64,000 nucleotides of DNA from Callorhinchus milii (lineage: Eukaryota). The notes under the pieces are model-generated. The model ran no database searches, was not told where the DNA came from, and saw nothing but the letters and a program-made list of their open reading frames with translations. The stretch spans positions 24,554,001-24,618,000 of the forward strand of contig NW_024704742.1 in assembly GCF_018977255.1 (NCBI RefSeq), read 5' to 3'. Of this stretch, positions 51,401-60,841 are shown piece after piece (position 1 is the first letter of the stretch; each line of letters starts with the position of its first letter). The position numbers were made by a program, and so were the translations under genes.

Positions 51401-54400
51401 GTTGAGTGGAGGGAGCGGACAGGTTGATAGGGGTTAGCAGGCCAGAGAGGTGAGAGAGGGCAACGCCCTTGAAAGTGAGGATGAAGATTTTGAATTATCT
51501 TTGCGATTTAGCATCTGGACTAAATTTATGGTATTATTTTGAAAAAATTCCTGGCATGAATGCAATACAAATCAAAATACACGAATGGTTGGGGCAGACA
51601 TTATTATAGCGTGTCTCAATAATTTATGAAATCCCTTTCATCGTTTGATATGGTGTCAAAAGCAAACTTAAGGGATTGCTCCATTTGGATGACTCCACTT
51701 GGCCAATGCTACTTGATTGATTTAGGTCTGGAAGGTTCTGGGTTCAAATTTCAGTGGTGCCACTTAAGGTATCTTAAAAATATATTATGTATTTTTGTGA
51801 TGAGGTGGGGAGGAAGAAGGAAGTGCATCTCCTTACAGGAGACATGTCTGGAAGAAATAGGCAGTTCTGCAGTAACCCACAGCATTCTTGATGACCTGTT
51901 TGGCTGATCAATGAGACTTGGAGTTACAGACACGTCTGGAAACCTTGTGCCACAAAGGTCAAAACAGTAGAGTGATCCTAGCTGGATAGGTACTTTGGAA
52001 ACTGTCTCTCGAGTCATATGATAAGCTGTGCAGTTACCATTCATTACATTACGGTGGAGTCCTGTAGCTCGGTGGTTAGAGCATTCACCTCGCAAGCGAG
52101 AGACCTGGGTTTGATTCTCGACAGGGTGAGACCTTGGGCAAGTTTGCTTGCTCCACATGCCTGATAATAATCCTTCAAGAAAAAAAAATACAATAATAAT
52201 TTGGTCACTCAATCCACGACTGTTTGTGGAACACTGCTGTGAGCAATTGGCTGCCGCGTTTCGCCTACAAGTATACAGTCAATTTACTTTATAGTATATT
52301 CTGTGAAGCTCTTTAAGACGTCTAGAAGATGTGAAAAGCGCTATATCAAATGCAAGGATTAATATTATATTCCACTGAATACAATGAATACATTTTTTAA
52401 GTGGGACAGTTGTTGTAAGTAAATTAACTATCAGCCTAATAGTTTAGATGGCATAATTATCCCCTGTTATTTAAAATAAAAAAATAATTGTGCGGCTCCT
52501 TTCTGCTTAATGTTTCATTGGAGGTATTTTGCTCTGTTTTAATGATAATTCTGATGTTTAGATAATCTACAAGAAGGGACGGTGGAGAAGCTGAGTGAAA
52601 ATCTCAAGATTGTGGAAAAGCTGAAACCCTGTATACCTCAAGCAAAGACACATATTCCAAACTTACAAAACCCATTGCCTCCCTTTGTAACCAGAAAGTC
52701 AATCACAGTGGAGGTAAGTTTCAATTTAAGTGCAGCATAAAGAATATTTTAAAATTTTGTTTACTAATGTATTTAGTACTGAAGGGCTTCCTTCCACTTC
52801 CAAACACAAATTCTACAAATGTTATTTGAAAAATAAACCCAACCTCTTAGGTAGTGTTAGGTAAGAAAAGAACTGAAGAAAGTGACCCAGTTCTGTCTCC
52901 TTTAAACCTGGATCTTGCGTTCAACCCAGAGTTGTCAACATCAAGGGGAGTGTTAGAAATGATGCACTGCAGCTTGCAAATCCATTCAAACATGACCTAC
53001 ATCAAAATATACTATGTTTTATATCCAGTGTCTTCCTGCCCCACCTGGTCATGTGCAGTGTTCCTCAGGGCTTTGTCTTTTTTTTATCAATTATATGCTC
53101 CCCCTTGGTGACATTAGTAGGTACGTGTGAGCAGATAATGTCCACCTTTCTTTCTGCTGTTACCCTCGACTCCAGGACTACTGCTGTTTGGACATATGGC
53201 CTGTTTCAACTTCCCAGGTTGCTCACTCCAAATTATCTGTGTGGAAATTGCCACTCCCTCCCAGCTCTAGCTCCCCTCAGTCTCTTTTCCTTGGATAAAG
53301 TTGTCTTGTGCAGAAAGTTATGCATCATTTATTTTTTTGTAAAATCAATTTCTGGGATTACAGTTTATTTAAGACTGCAATAAACTGACATCAGCCATAT
53401 GAATTAATGTTTAAAACTTTTTTCTTTAAATAATCCTATCCCAGCAAATGATGCCTCCAGACAATGTTAAACAGAAGAGACAACAGGAGAAGATGGAAGG
53501 AATTACAACTAGCAATAAATGGAAGGGAAGGAAGACGTATGGGAAAAACAGGAAGATGGCTGTAGAGTAAGTATTTAAGCCATTCCTATTGATTCTAGAC
53601 AATGTAGACAATTTGATATATTTTCCAGTGTCTGTGCTTGGTCAGGAAATTGATCATAAGCTTGAGACTGGAGTGTTCATAGGACTTCTTTCAGTCTAGA
53701 ACAACAACTTGCATTTATATAGCGCTCTTCATGTTAGACTCAGAGTGGACTTTGGGGAGGGGGAGACGATTATAGATACGGTCGAAGAGGTAGGTTTTAC
53801 CATGGCAATGCAAGCTTAAAAAGCAAAGAAAGTTCAACAAATCTAGAATATCTGTTGGAAAACTGGTTAATGGCTGTCCTGGCTCTTAGTCTTTTTAATC
53901 CTTTCCACAGTCGGCCTGTGCATTTTTCCTTCTCCTTCGTTGCAAAAATACTAACAATAATAGCAAATTATATTTGTAAAGCGCCTTTCACGTCGGGAGG
54001 ACATCCCAAGGCGTTGGACATGCGCAGGGAGGGTAGGGGTAGGAGTGTGACCGAACGCACGGACTTGAGACAAGCCTTGAAGGAGGCAAGGGAAGGAGTG
54101 AGGCAAAGGGATTGTGGGATGGAGTTCCAAGGGGTGGGGCTAAAAGTCGATGGTAGTGCGGTTGGGTGGGGGTCATGAAGCAATGCAGGAGCACGCTGAG
54201 CGGAGGGAGCAGACAGGACGATATGGAGTTAGCGGGTTACAGATGTAGGGAGGAGCAAGGCCATGCAAGATTTTGAAGGCAGTGACAAGGATACTGAACT
54301 CTACCCTCTGAGGGATGGGGAGCCAGTGGAGCCGGGCGAGGATGGGGGTGATAGGGTCAGGGAGCCTAGTGTGGAAGAGGACATGAGCTGCAGAGTTCTG

Positions 54401-57400
54401 AATGATCTGAATCTTGGAGAAGGAAGAGCTGAAAAGCCCGACACGCATGGAGTTTGTATAGTCGAGCCTGGTTGTGATGAATGTGTTCAAAGTAACAATA
54501 GCAAAAACTTGGGTGGGAAATTTTCTGTGCAGCAATTGGAATATGCAAGTGAGGTAAATTGGGTGCATCTCCAATTGACATTTTATGGATTATAACATTG
54601 TTAGTTCTTACAAAATTATAGACGATTATATTATAGAAATGGACCATTTGGCTCAACTAGTCCATGCCTGTGTTTGTACTCTACTTGAGCCTCCCTCCCC
54701 TCGATTTCCTCTCCCTCGTGTGTTTGTGGGATGGTCAGTGACAGAAGTTCCACTGAAATATTTGGACATTTTACTGGTTTTGTGAATTTTTCTTTTTTTT
54801 TAATCTTTTTCTCCTTCCCCATTAATAATTTTTTAAGAATTGACAATATAATCGGCATTTTGTAACTGACTATTTTACTAGCTTTCAGGACATTTTTATT
54901 GAATAGTTTCTTTATCCTGTGCTAAGAACTAGATTACTTGAGTATCTTGCTGTTTTGCTAGGGCTGACCAGACTGGTTGTGTGCTCACTGAGAGAAGTCA
55001 AGATTACAACCAGAAGGGGGAGCGAGTTCAAGATCGACCAAGAAAAGGATGGCAGTACGGAAAAAGGGAAAATGCTAAAGTGCATACAAAACCAGGCAAC
55101 TTGGTCAAAGTGATGGAAAATGGTAAGTATATAGCATGTAATCAGAATTGTTGATGTATTGCTTGTCCTGCAGCTAGGAGCTCTGCTCTGATGTATGTTC
55201 AACTGTCCTAAATTAACCCATCTCACCAGTTTTAATCAAAACAAGACGAGCTAATTCCCTACCAACCTGCCCGCTCCCTCGGTTCATCAGGCTCCAGCCT
55301 ACTCCATGCCTCCCGCCCTACCATGGGTGGCTGGGCTTTCAGCCTCTCTGCCCCCATTCTCGAACTCCATCCCTTTGCCTCGCTTCCTCCCTCGCATCCT
55401 TCAAGGCCGGTCTCTTCAAGACCCTTCTCTTCGACCGTGCCTTTAGTCTCCCTCCCATCTCTCTGCCTTCCCTCACCACTACACCACCTCTCCCCCATGC
55501 TCGTGCCCCGACAGCTGACTGTTCAGCGCTTTGGGACGTCCTCCCGATGTGAAAGGCGCTCTATAAATGTAATTTTGTTGTTGTAATTCTCTGACCTTTT
55601 TCAGTTCAGAACTAAAAAAGCCTATTGTCGTCCCAAAGTTAACAATAGTCGAGTTATTTTCCAAGTAGATACAATATCTAATTCCCTCTTGTATCTGATG
55701 ATACAAATGACATTCTGGGACAATCTGTTCCATATATTCACCACTCTGAGCTTGAATCTATCTTGCCCTACCATTCTACTCACTTTTTGTTCTGTGAGTG
55801 AAGTGACAGCACAATTAGTCAAATTGTAACCTCTAATGTTAATAGTCACAGCTGTTAGGAATTGATACCTTCGCACTTTGCGTGAATATTATTGTCAATG
55901 ATCGCTATATTTGAAAATAATCAAATACAAGAGTATTTCAAGTAATCTTGTGTTAATTCCTATTAGGGCATTGTTCAAATTGGAAGGCCTTCCCTGGAAA
56001 AGTGCATTCCTCTGAGTCTGGCTCTGATTCTGGTAGTTCGTCCGGCAGTGTGAGAGCAAGCCGAGGCAGCTGGGGAAGCTGGAGCAGCAGTAGTTCCGAG
56101 GGAGAAAAAGACCAAATCATGGCTACCAAATTGCACTTTGTAACCTCTGCTGGACAGAGTAAGTAACAAACCTGAACTGCACTACACTTTGTAAGCTGAT
56201 CACCCCTATCCTCGCCCGGCTTCACTGGCTCCCCATCGAATTTTGTGAATCATCTTTTACAGATTGTATGAAGCCCTAGTCCTATACTGACCCATTACTG
56301 CACCAACTTGCTTTGTCACTTAATCTATTTTTAAAAAGGTTTCTACTGCAGCAAAAAGTATATTATATAGTACTTATCAATTTGGCTGGTTTGAGACTGT
56401 GAAGAAGGGCCTGTTTGTTCAGTGGACGGATTTGATACAAGCCTCCCAATTTATACGATCTTAATGTCCTTTGTTTAATTTGGTAAAACAGCCTTTGTGC
56501 ACGTTGCAAGTCCCGTGAAGTGAACCTATGTATTGAAACTGACCATTGCGATATAATAAAGTTGAATATTTCATTAATATAAAAATAGAAAATATATGTG
56601 GATGTTCTGATTTTTTTTTCACAATCTTTGTTTTTGTTAGGGGAGCGAGTTTTCCATCAGGCTTGTCCAGTTTACGCTCAGCCATTTCTGTATCAAGATC
56701 CCAATTCGTGGAGCAGCAGGTAACTACAGATATCAAATCTCTTGTGTAACAAAATGCTTGTTGATCACAATCACTTGCAATTTTTATATTTGTTTTCTAT
56801 CCTGCAGCAGACTGGTTCATCCCAGCCAATCAGCAGGGATTGATACATATTCAACATGCGATGAACAGCCTTCCTTGCTCCCAGATAGAAATACCTGCCC
56901 CACCTTTGCTGCAGTTGCTGCAGGTTTGAAGAAAAGTCCTGGTAAGTTGGTTAGAAATTGAGACTTGACCGTTGACGTGAAAGGTTTGGTATCGGTACGG
57001 ATCTTGGAAACTCACTGTAAACTGTTACCATTTTTAAAAATCGGCATTTGAAAATAGTTTATTCCTCAAGGGAACTGTAGTTTAATTTTTACAATGGTAT
57101 TAATAATCATCCGTACATTTGATACGCGTCTTTCACAGCGGGAAATCAAAGCACTTCGACAGTTTACCTAGGCTGTTGGTACAGGTCTGAAGTTTGTGAA
57201 TACAAAATTGAACAAGCTTCAAAAAATAAGAGCAAGTTCTCTAACTCACAGAATTGTGGGTGTTATATATTCACAACAAAGAGCTAATGCAAGGTATTGC
57301 TGTTTAAAAATGAGCTAGATATATATCTGACGAGGAACCAAATCAAATGTTATATGTTACTTTTTATGAAAGATTTGTATTTGAGCTTTATGGTTGGACA

Positions 57401-60400
57401 TTTTAACTTGTCGGCTCTTTCAGGAGCTTAAGTTTCTGTATTTTGGCAGGGTATTACTTTATAATGATATACATTTTTAAAAATCACAAATTATAATTAA
57501 CATGATACACTTTTAATCTGTTTCCAGGGCTTTATACAACAACAAATGGAGAATGTTTAAAATCCATTCCTTCTGCAAATAGCTTGGAATATCACCCCGG
57601 AAATGGTATACAGATCAATCCTCAACAAAGTGCTGTTCCTGATTACAGGTGTGTTAGTTATATATGTGTGCGCGTGTATGCAGGTATCATATAGCTTTGT
57701 TTTATTGCTTTCTTCTTTCCAACATCGTTTTTTAATATGTTTCATTTTAGTTAATAACAAGAAAATGAAACTCAACTGTTTGGGGCATTTAACACCACTT
57801 TTGTCCTCCCCTGTCCTTAAAGTGCCAAATAAATGTAATTTTTTGTGGTATCCTGGATCAGATAGAATAAGTGGAAAATACAATATTAACAAGCTTTATT
57901 CATTTTTTGAAGGATTTTATTCCAGTCATGAATGTAAGTTCTCTTGCACTGATTTTCTGCATTGTGAATATGTGCAATATTTATCTAACTAAACCTAGTG
58001 AATAACTTGTGATGCATTTACTGGGGTGAATAGGTCATCAAATTACATTAGATTCATGTTTTGTGTTTTGAGCGTAATACAACTTCCTATTTCAGTAATT
58101 TTATTTGACCTCGCAATGATAATTGGTTTCAAATAGTTGAAGTTCTGTGACAGTAGTGCAAATTTTTTATATATGTATAATATATATAATACTCATAAAA
58201 GCAAGTATTTTTAAAAAAACAGTTACATTTAACAGTTGATCATTGCAAATATAATGTTGCACAGACACAATGGTTTGAAAGTTTTCTATGTTGAAATGAT
58301 TTTGATGAAGATTACCTGTTAATTTTATCCAGTAAAGGTATGGTATTAATGATTGTTTTGCTGCTTTTCTGTAAATAAGAGATTTTGTAGATGGGTCTGA
58401 ATAATTTAGTTTATACAGTGATGTTTGGTACAGTGCTATTATTATATGTCACCCCACTGGGCAATACTGTTTTCAGACATTTCTTTCTCACTGTAGTGGT
58501 GCTTAATGTGTGTTTTCTATAGATTTTGCTTGTGTATCTTTATATTCTGTGTAAAAATGGTATCCAGTCCATCCAATCCTGCAGCTGGCACTGTAATTTA
58601 GAAGATTGATTACCCCCCCACCCCGTGGAAATACTGGAAACACAGAATATTTCAAAATATAAATAGGAAAGGGAATTCTTCTATTATACTGTTGCTAACT
58701 GAAGTTTAAAAATCCTCATATCTTAATCTCCATCACAATCATTGTAACTTTTTCCCCCCCCCATACCCTCAGCTGTTTGCCTTGGGCCATGTTCACCAGT
58801 GACTATTGCATGTTCACCACATTCCAGGAAAATGATTTCTCCAGCGTTCCTGAAGGTAAGCACTGACATTTGCATTTAGTAAAAATTAATAATGCTTAAA
58901 CATAATTTTCTAAGTTTAAAAATTAAAATTGAATTAAAAACTAGGTGTAGCCCTAGCCAGATGTGCAACGCACGCTCTTTCACGTTTGCATTTTTGATTC
59001 AGCTCTTTGGTAACTTCTCCCTGAAACTCAGCTGAAACCTAACTCAGCTCAGTTTTTGAAAAAAACAGTTTTGTACTAACTTGTGGCATTCTCATTGCTG
59101 CCAAACTGCAAATTATTTAGCTTTTCCCAGTGTTCCAATAAGAGATTGTTGCCATCAGATGGTTGGAGGTGGGTTGGGATGATTATTCTAGCAGCTGAAT
59201 AGTAGTTATTGGAAATATCTAACTTCTGTATGTAATTTTTACAATGATGGATGTTCTCTGTGAGTGTCCGATGATCTAATATACTTCAAACTTGTAGGCT
59301 ATCTAAGTATGCAGCATCCCTTTACTTGCTCTGAAGACCAAGCTGCAGCATTCCATGATGCAGCTCATACAATGACTTGGAATGTAAACACAACCTCGGA
59401 GGCGAGATGGAAACCTACTAATTATGTCAGCAGTCCCGTAAGTCATCTATCTGGCAAGGCAATAGTTTGGGATTTTTTTTGTGTGGAACAGTTGTGAAAT
59501 GGACTGAGAATAATATCAAGCCAGACACTATTTGTCATGTCTTAGTGCATTCTGCAATTTTATTCCAAATAACCTTCAAGTATGATTTCACTTTACCAAG
59601 CATTAACTGGCTTATTTATCTGACTTTTTTTTAGTGTATCCAATTTTTCAAATAATTTTCCCACTGCATTTCTGCTCCTTGACTGGTCTTCTCTTGCTGG
59701 ATGCACTTCAGTCGGTGCTTGTCGCCCTCCATTACCACTGCCCAAGTGACCTTTGTTCATGTTTCGACGAAACTAAAGACGTTGCAGCCAAGCCTGGCCT
59801 CTTCTTCCCCAGCTGCCACTTAAGCACAACCACAAGGGCCTAGGAACCCAGGCTTTCCTTCCCCCCCCCCACCCCCCCTGCCAATCCTGGGAAAGCCGGG
59901 GCAAATTTAGCCTCCTATATAGCCCTGGCTGAGGACAGTAAACTAAACACAAACCGGGATTTGAACCAGTGAGCCCCTGGTCTGTAGGCAGCAGGTTAAA
60001 TATTCATTCCTTTAAGCTCAAATTGCGCTATTGTCAGTCTTGCTGAGATCCATGAGAATTGTTGATAAAATCACTACATTTGGGGATACAGTTTATCACA
60101 TTTACCTATTAAATAACTTTTGTAGCTTTCAAAGTAGCACAATATTTACATTTCAAAAAATAGGCTTTATAATATAAATAACGATAATGAGAACACCACT
60201 ATAAAACAGGTTTGTAGAAATCTGTTGATCACCAAGAGTTTGAATTCCTGTATAATATTACAGAAGGTTACTTTTTATTAGAAGTAGTATTCCCTCATCA
60301 AAATGTAAGCCTATCATTGAAATGATTGTGATTTGAATTGTAAAGATAGTGTTTTTTTTTCTCTAGCCCTACATCTCAGGCACGAGAAGCCTATCTCCCA

Positions 60401-60645
60401 TGTCTGGACTGTTTGGATCTATTTGGACCCCACAAAGTGACCCTTACCAAAGCTACTTCACAATGGATAACTCTATCTCACACGCAGTGCTTAATGAAGA
60501 TCCAGAATCTCCCTGTACCAAAGAGCAAGTGTCCACTTTTGATCCTTTTGGCACTTACATGAACTTGGACATTTGGAATTCTTCCTCTAATCGGAGTTGT
60601 AATTCTCAGCTCTCCAGTGACTCTGGTTATTACGGGGATGTTTAA
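15427..60645 (+). CDS. TMEM131L: Transmembrane protein 131-like (KIAA0922), 5'-partial spliced CDS, 32 exons in window
   Basis: Manually spliced exons give one uninterrupted frame of 1543 full sense codons plus stop. Motifs match human TMEM131L as recalled: [26 protein letters not shown]...[92 protein letters not shown] single hydrophobic helix [21 protein letters not shown] spans the 48147/49541 junction. Confidence 0.96.
16012..16375 (+). mobile_element. tRNA-derived SINE, head-truncated (long subfamily)
   Basis: caagtttccttactcc...cctagcaataagcaggaatc...tail. Confidence 0.8.
16530..16775 (-). mobile_element. Deu-domain SINE, degenerate. Further remnants at ~1105-1295, 17500-17790, 19745-19980, 36450-36690, 37715-37950 (-) and 41215-41395 (+)
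   Basis: Core and head motifs shared with the 9083 and 21295 copies. Confidence 0.65.
18374..18497 (+). CDS. TMEM131L: TMEM131L exon 2 (window), [16 protein letters not shown]...[11 protein letters not shown]
   Basis: cctag / gtaagt, 124 nt, phase 2-0. Confidence 0.93.
20900..21016 (+). CDS. TMEM131L: TMEM131L exon 3, [39 protein letters not shown]
   Basis: ctccag / gttagt, 117 nt, phase 0-0; highly conserved. Confidence 0.95.
21295..21600 (-). mobile_element. Deu-domain SINE
   Basis: ggccaggacaccgggag...gccatgggatcttta...ggtttaacgtctcatc..gacggcacctctgaca. Confidence 0.82.
21925..22498 (+). mobile_element. L2 LINE 3' fragment (ORF2 end, 3' UTR, (TTG)n tail)
   Basis: [13 protein letters not shown]...[13 protein letters not shown]...[11 protein letters not shown]...LAPSYL...GGRAF; tail cagcgctttggacgtcctcccgacgtgaaaggcgct. 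Confidence 0.92.
22548..22661 (+). CDS. TMEM131L: TMEM131L exon 4, [10 protein letters not shown]...[14 protein letters not shown]
   Basis: ttttttccaag / gtgggt, 114 nt, phase 0-0. Confidence 0.88.
23405..23590 (+). mobile_element. Old SINE remnant resembling AmnSINE2
   Basis: gagcca..gactggaaggtcacag...ctgatctgtaatgagttag...gggaaaattggtcagggttcctgctcccgattactatc..tgactcctgctgaaaagtg; family name from memory. Confidence 0.55.
23839..23916 (+). CDS. TMEM131L: TMEM131L exon 5, [26 protein letters not shown]
   Basis: cctag / gtatgt, 78 nt, phase 0-0. Confidence 0.85.
24899..25190 (-). mobile_element. L2 LINE 3' fragment
   Basis: Reverse-complement tail (aacaacaacaaaat...tatagcgcctttca) and 3' UTR. 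Confidence 0.85.
26295..26634 (+). mobile_element. tRNA-derived SINE (long subfamily)
   Basis: Same head and tail plus a central block (tttagctaacagtaagtaggaacccagttattag). Confidence 0.9.
27095..27248 (+). CDS. TMEM131L: TMEM131L exon 6, [12 protein letters not shown]...[18 protein letters not shown]
   Basis: ttacag / gttagt, 154 nt, phase 0-1. Confidence 0.9.
28118..28176 (+). CDS. TMEM131L: TMEM131L exon 7, [19 protein letters not shown]
   Basis: tttacag / gtactt, 59 nt, phase 1-0. Confidence 0.9.
29764..29875 (+). CDS. TMEM131L: TMEM131L exon 8, [21 protein letters not shown]...TKLASINCN
   Basis: ttgcag / gtaagt, 112 nt, phase 0-1. Confidence 0.92.
30332..31135 (+). mobile_element. CR1 LINE, 5'-truncated (ORF2 C-terminus and 3' UTR)
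   Basis: [62 protein letters not shown]; frameshifts and stops; CR1-type 3' end. Confidence 0.93.
31214..31316 (+). CDS. TMEM131L: TMEM131L exon 9, [12 protein letters not shown]...PALQLTEG
   Basis: ttttcag / gtgagt, 103 nt, phase 1-2. Confidence 0.88.
32129..32279 (+). CDS. TMEM131L: TMEM131L exon 10, [13 protein letters not shown]...[12 protein letters not shown]...AAHVLT
   Basis: ggtag / gtaagg, 151 nt, phase 2-0. Confidence 0.92.
34401..34568 (+). CDS. TMEM131L: TMEM131L exon 11, [22 protein letters not shown]...[10 protein letters not shown]
   Basis: ttttcag / gtgcgt, 168 nt, phase 0-0. Confidence 0.93.
34645..34795 (-). mobile_element. SINE 3' fragment
   Basis: Reverse-complement tail and body. 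Confidence 0.82.
34810..35270 (+). mobile_element. Degenerate CR1 3' fragment
   Basis: Remnant similarity to the CR1 copy at 30540-31120 (ttttgggcactgcaccttagaaaag, gatcagccttga, ggcctactcttgct). Confidence 0.6.
35512..35569 (+). CDS. TMEM131L: TMEM131L exon 12, [19 protein letters not shown]
   Basis: tgtgcag / gtaagt, 58 nt, phase 0-1. Confidence 0.9.
36941..37058 (+). CDS. TMEM131L: TMEM131L exon 13, [22 protein letters not shown]...WQKLRG
   Basis: tttcag / gtaaag, 118 nt, phase 1-2. Confidence 0.93.
38977..39112 (+). CDS. TMEM131L: TMEM131L exon 14, QKRFAETG...[23 protein letters not shown]
   Basis: gaacag / gtaaaa, 136 nt, phase 2-0. Confidence 0.9.
39573..39756. mobile_element. MITE-like element with 37-bp terminal inverted repeats
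   Basis: catgataaaatggctgacttcccggttatcagatcgc versus the reverse complement of 39720-39756: 30/37 matches. Confidence 0.7.
39961..40070 (+). CDS. TMEM131L: TMEM131L exon 15, [27 protein letters not shown]...LLLKW
   Basis: tttcag / gtaagc, 110 nt, phase 0-2. Confidence 0.94.
40175..40525 (-). mobile_element. L2 3' fragment containing an internal VNTR
   Basis: (CAA)n tail, gcgcctttcacgtcaggaggacgtcccaaggcgct, L2 3' UTR. Confidence 0.85.
40268..40440 (+). repeat. VNTR, 4 units of 37-46 bp (GGAAATGGTCAGGGTGAGGGGAGGG...)
   Basis: aaatggtc recurs at 40273, 40319, 40356, 40393. Confidence 0.9.
40988..41060 (+). CDS. TMEM131L: TMEM131L exon 16, [24 protein letters not shown]
   Basis: ttccttcaaag / gtaagt, 73 nt, phase 2-0; required to bridge the phases of its neighbours. 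Confidence 0.85.
41500..41790 (+). mobile_element. L2 3' fragment, degenerate
   Basis: ttcaagatccttg...gccttcagcctttctgcc...ctgtggaactc, tail remnant. Confidence 0.7.
41965..42113 (+). CDS. TMEM131L: TMEM131L exon 17, SSDGYE...[17 protein letters not shown]...SVILIR
   Basis: gatacag / gtaaag, 149 nt, phase 0-2. Confidence 0.9.
42768..43018 (-). mobile_element. tRNA-derived SINE, head-truncated (short subfamily)
   Basis: (ATA)n tail and body, reverse complement. Confidence 0.88.
43544..43686 (+). CDS. TMEM131L: TMEM131L exon 18, [15 protein letters not shown]...[18 protein letters not shown]
   Basis: ttttgaag / gtgagt, 143 nt, phase 2-1. Confidence 0.95.
43692..44105 (-). mobile_element. 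Deu-domain SINE directly after the exon-18 donor
   Basis: Tail, core (gatctttaacgtccacctgaacag...ttaacgtctcttccg...cggcacctcc) and head (ctgagccaggctgacac). Confidence 0.8.
44392..44998 (+). repeat. G-rich low-complexity tract (GGGA/GGGT)n
   Basis: ~600 bp of nearly continuous GGG runs separated by 1-2 nt. Confidence 0.95.
45151..46020 (+). repeat. CpG-rich minisatellite of GAG-NNN units (GAGCGC, GAGCCT, GAGACT, GAGCCC, GAGCC)
   Basis: Directly visible ~870 bp tandem array. Confidence 0.95.
46969..47155 (+). CDS. TMEM131L: TMEM131L exon 19, [23 protein letters not shown]...HDVNI
   Basis: ttttcag / gtaagt, 187 nt, phase 1-2. Confidence 0.95.
47478..47880 (-). repeat. Unclassified interspersed repeat, copy 4
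   Basis: Shares tctggcaagcttcccactgcttgtctagctagga and gttctgacattctgtt.ccaa. Confidence 0.8.
47962..48147 (+). CDS. TMEM131L: TMEM131L exon 20, [13 protein letters not shown]...[13 protein letters not shown] (start of TM helix)
   Basis: ttccag / gtaaga, 186 nt, phase 2-2. Confidence 0.95.
48305..49160 (-). mobile_element. L2 3' fragment interrupted by a SINE at ~48550-48760
   Basis: Minus-strand translation [12 protein letters not shown]...[14 protein letters not shown]...PYLSDLL; tail at ~48305-48370. Confidence 0.85.
48550..48758 (+). mobile_element. SINE 3' half inserted in an L2
   Basis: Body and tail with (ATT)n. Confidence 0.85.
49541..49693 (+). CDS. TMEM131L: TMEM131L exon 21, [21 protein letters not shown]...STTYK (end of TM helix)
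   Basis: cttacag / gtaaga, 153 nt, phase 2-2. Confidence 0.94.
50392..51002 (+). CDS. TMEM131L: TMEM131L exon 22 (large cytoplasmic exon), ...SPDKGKGK...KRSP...
   Basis: taacag / gtatga, 611 nt, phase 2-1; an in-frame alternative acceptor would start the exon at 50401. Confidence 0.9.
51120..51500 (-). mobile_element. L2 3' fragment
   Basis: Reverse-complement L2 tail and 3' UTR. Confidence 0.82.
52056..52371 (+). mobile_element. tRNA-derived SINE (short subfamily)
   Basis: Full head, body and tail. Confidence 0.9.
52562..52713 (+). CDS. TMEM131L: TMEM131L exon 23, [19 protein letters not shown]...SITVE
   Basis: tttag / gtaagt, 152 nt, phase 1-0. Confidence 0.85.
53445..53566 (+). CDS. 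TMEM131L: TMEM131L exon 24, [19 protein letters not shown]...GKNRKMAVE
   Basis: cccag / gtaagt, 122 nt, phase 0-2. Confidence 0.87.
53955..54490 (-). mobile_element. L2 3' fragment
   Basis: TRLDYTNS...[12 protein letters not shown]...[13 protein letters not shown]...LHGLAPPY, plus tail. Confidence 0.9.
54962..55122 (+). CDS. TMEM131L: TMEM131L exon 25, [13 protein letters not shown]...VKVMEN
   Basis: ttgctag / gtaagt, 161 nt, phase 2-1, open in the required frame. Confidence 0.83.
55256..55584 (+). mobile_element. L2 3' fragment
   Basis: Closely similar to 22150-22498. Confidence 0.88.
55967..56158 (+). CDS. TMEM131L: TMEM131L exon 26, ...[29 protein letters not shown]...
   Basis: tattag / gtaagt, 192 nt, phase 1-1; conserved Ser-rich motif. 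Confidence 0.94.
56641..56719 (+). CDS. TMEM131L: TMEM131L exon 27, [25 protein letters not shown]
   Basis: tttgttag / gtaact, 79 nt, phase 1-2. Confidence 0.8.
56808..56941 (+). CDS. TMEM131L: TMEM131L exon 28, [10 protein letters not shown]...[15 protein letters not shown]
   Basis: CAGCAG acceptor / gtaagt, 134 nt (131 with the distal AG), phase 2-1; follows an 88-nt intron. Confidence 0.87.
57528..57648 (+). CDS. TMEM131L: TMEM131L exon 29, [10 protein letters not shown]...QQSAVPDY
   Basis: ttccag / gtgtgt, 121 nt, phase 1-2. Confidence 0.85.
58773..58855 (+). CDS. TMEM131L: TMEM131L exon 30, [27 protein letters not shown]
   Basis: cctcag / gtaagc, 83 nt, phase 2-1. Confidence 0.87.
59298..59437 (+). 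CDS. TMEM131L: TMEM131L exon 31, [13 protein letters not shown]...[10 protein letters not shown]
   Basis: ttgtag / gtaagt, 140 nt, phase 1-0. Confidence 0.9.
60367..60645 (+). CDS. TMEM131L: TMEM131L terminal coding exon, [20 protein letters not shown]...YMNLDIW...SDSGYYGDV*
   Basis: ctctag acceptor, 279 nt including TAA; conserved C-terminus. Confidence 0.95.
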   Translation, partial: PYISGTRSLSPMSGLFGSIWTPQSDPYQSYFTMDNSISHAVLNEDPESPCTKEQVSTFDPFGTYMNLDIWNSSSNRSCNSQLSSDSGYYGDV

Positions 60646-60835
60646 ATTAGGTTTTTGGTTTTTATAAGAAAAAGTGTGCATAGAGATGGTTACAGATTCT
60701 TTACAGAGTATTTAGGCGACCCAAATGTTTTTTATTTTTTTATTTTTTTCTGGTTCAAAAAAAAGTTTTGTACAACAAATGTTTTGCACTTAATACAAAT
60801 TTTTTTTTACCCAAAATCTTTTTTGTTTTTCCTTC

Positions 60836-60841
60836 AATAAA
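60836..60841 (+). terminator. Candidate proximal polyadenylation signal AATAAA in U-rich 3' UTR
   Basis: Canonical hexamer ~190 nt after the stop; usage unverified. Confidence 0.4.

Noticed and set aside
15493..60366. U12-type or non-canonical introns in TMEM131L
   Set aside because: All 31 introns are GT-AG without the GTATCCTT U12 donor.
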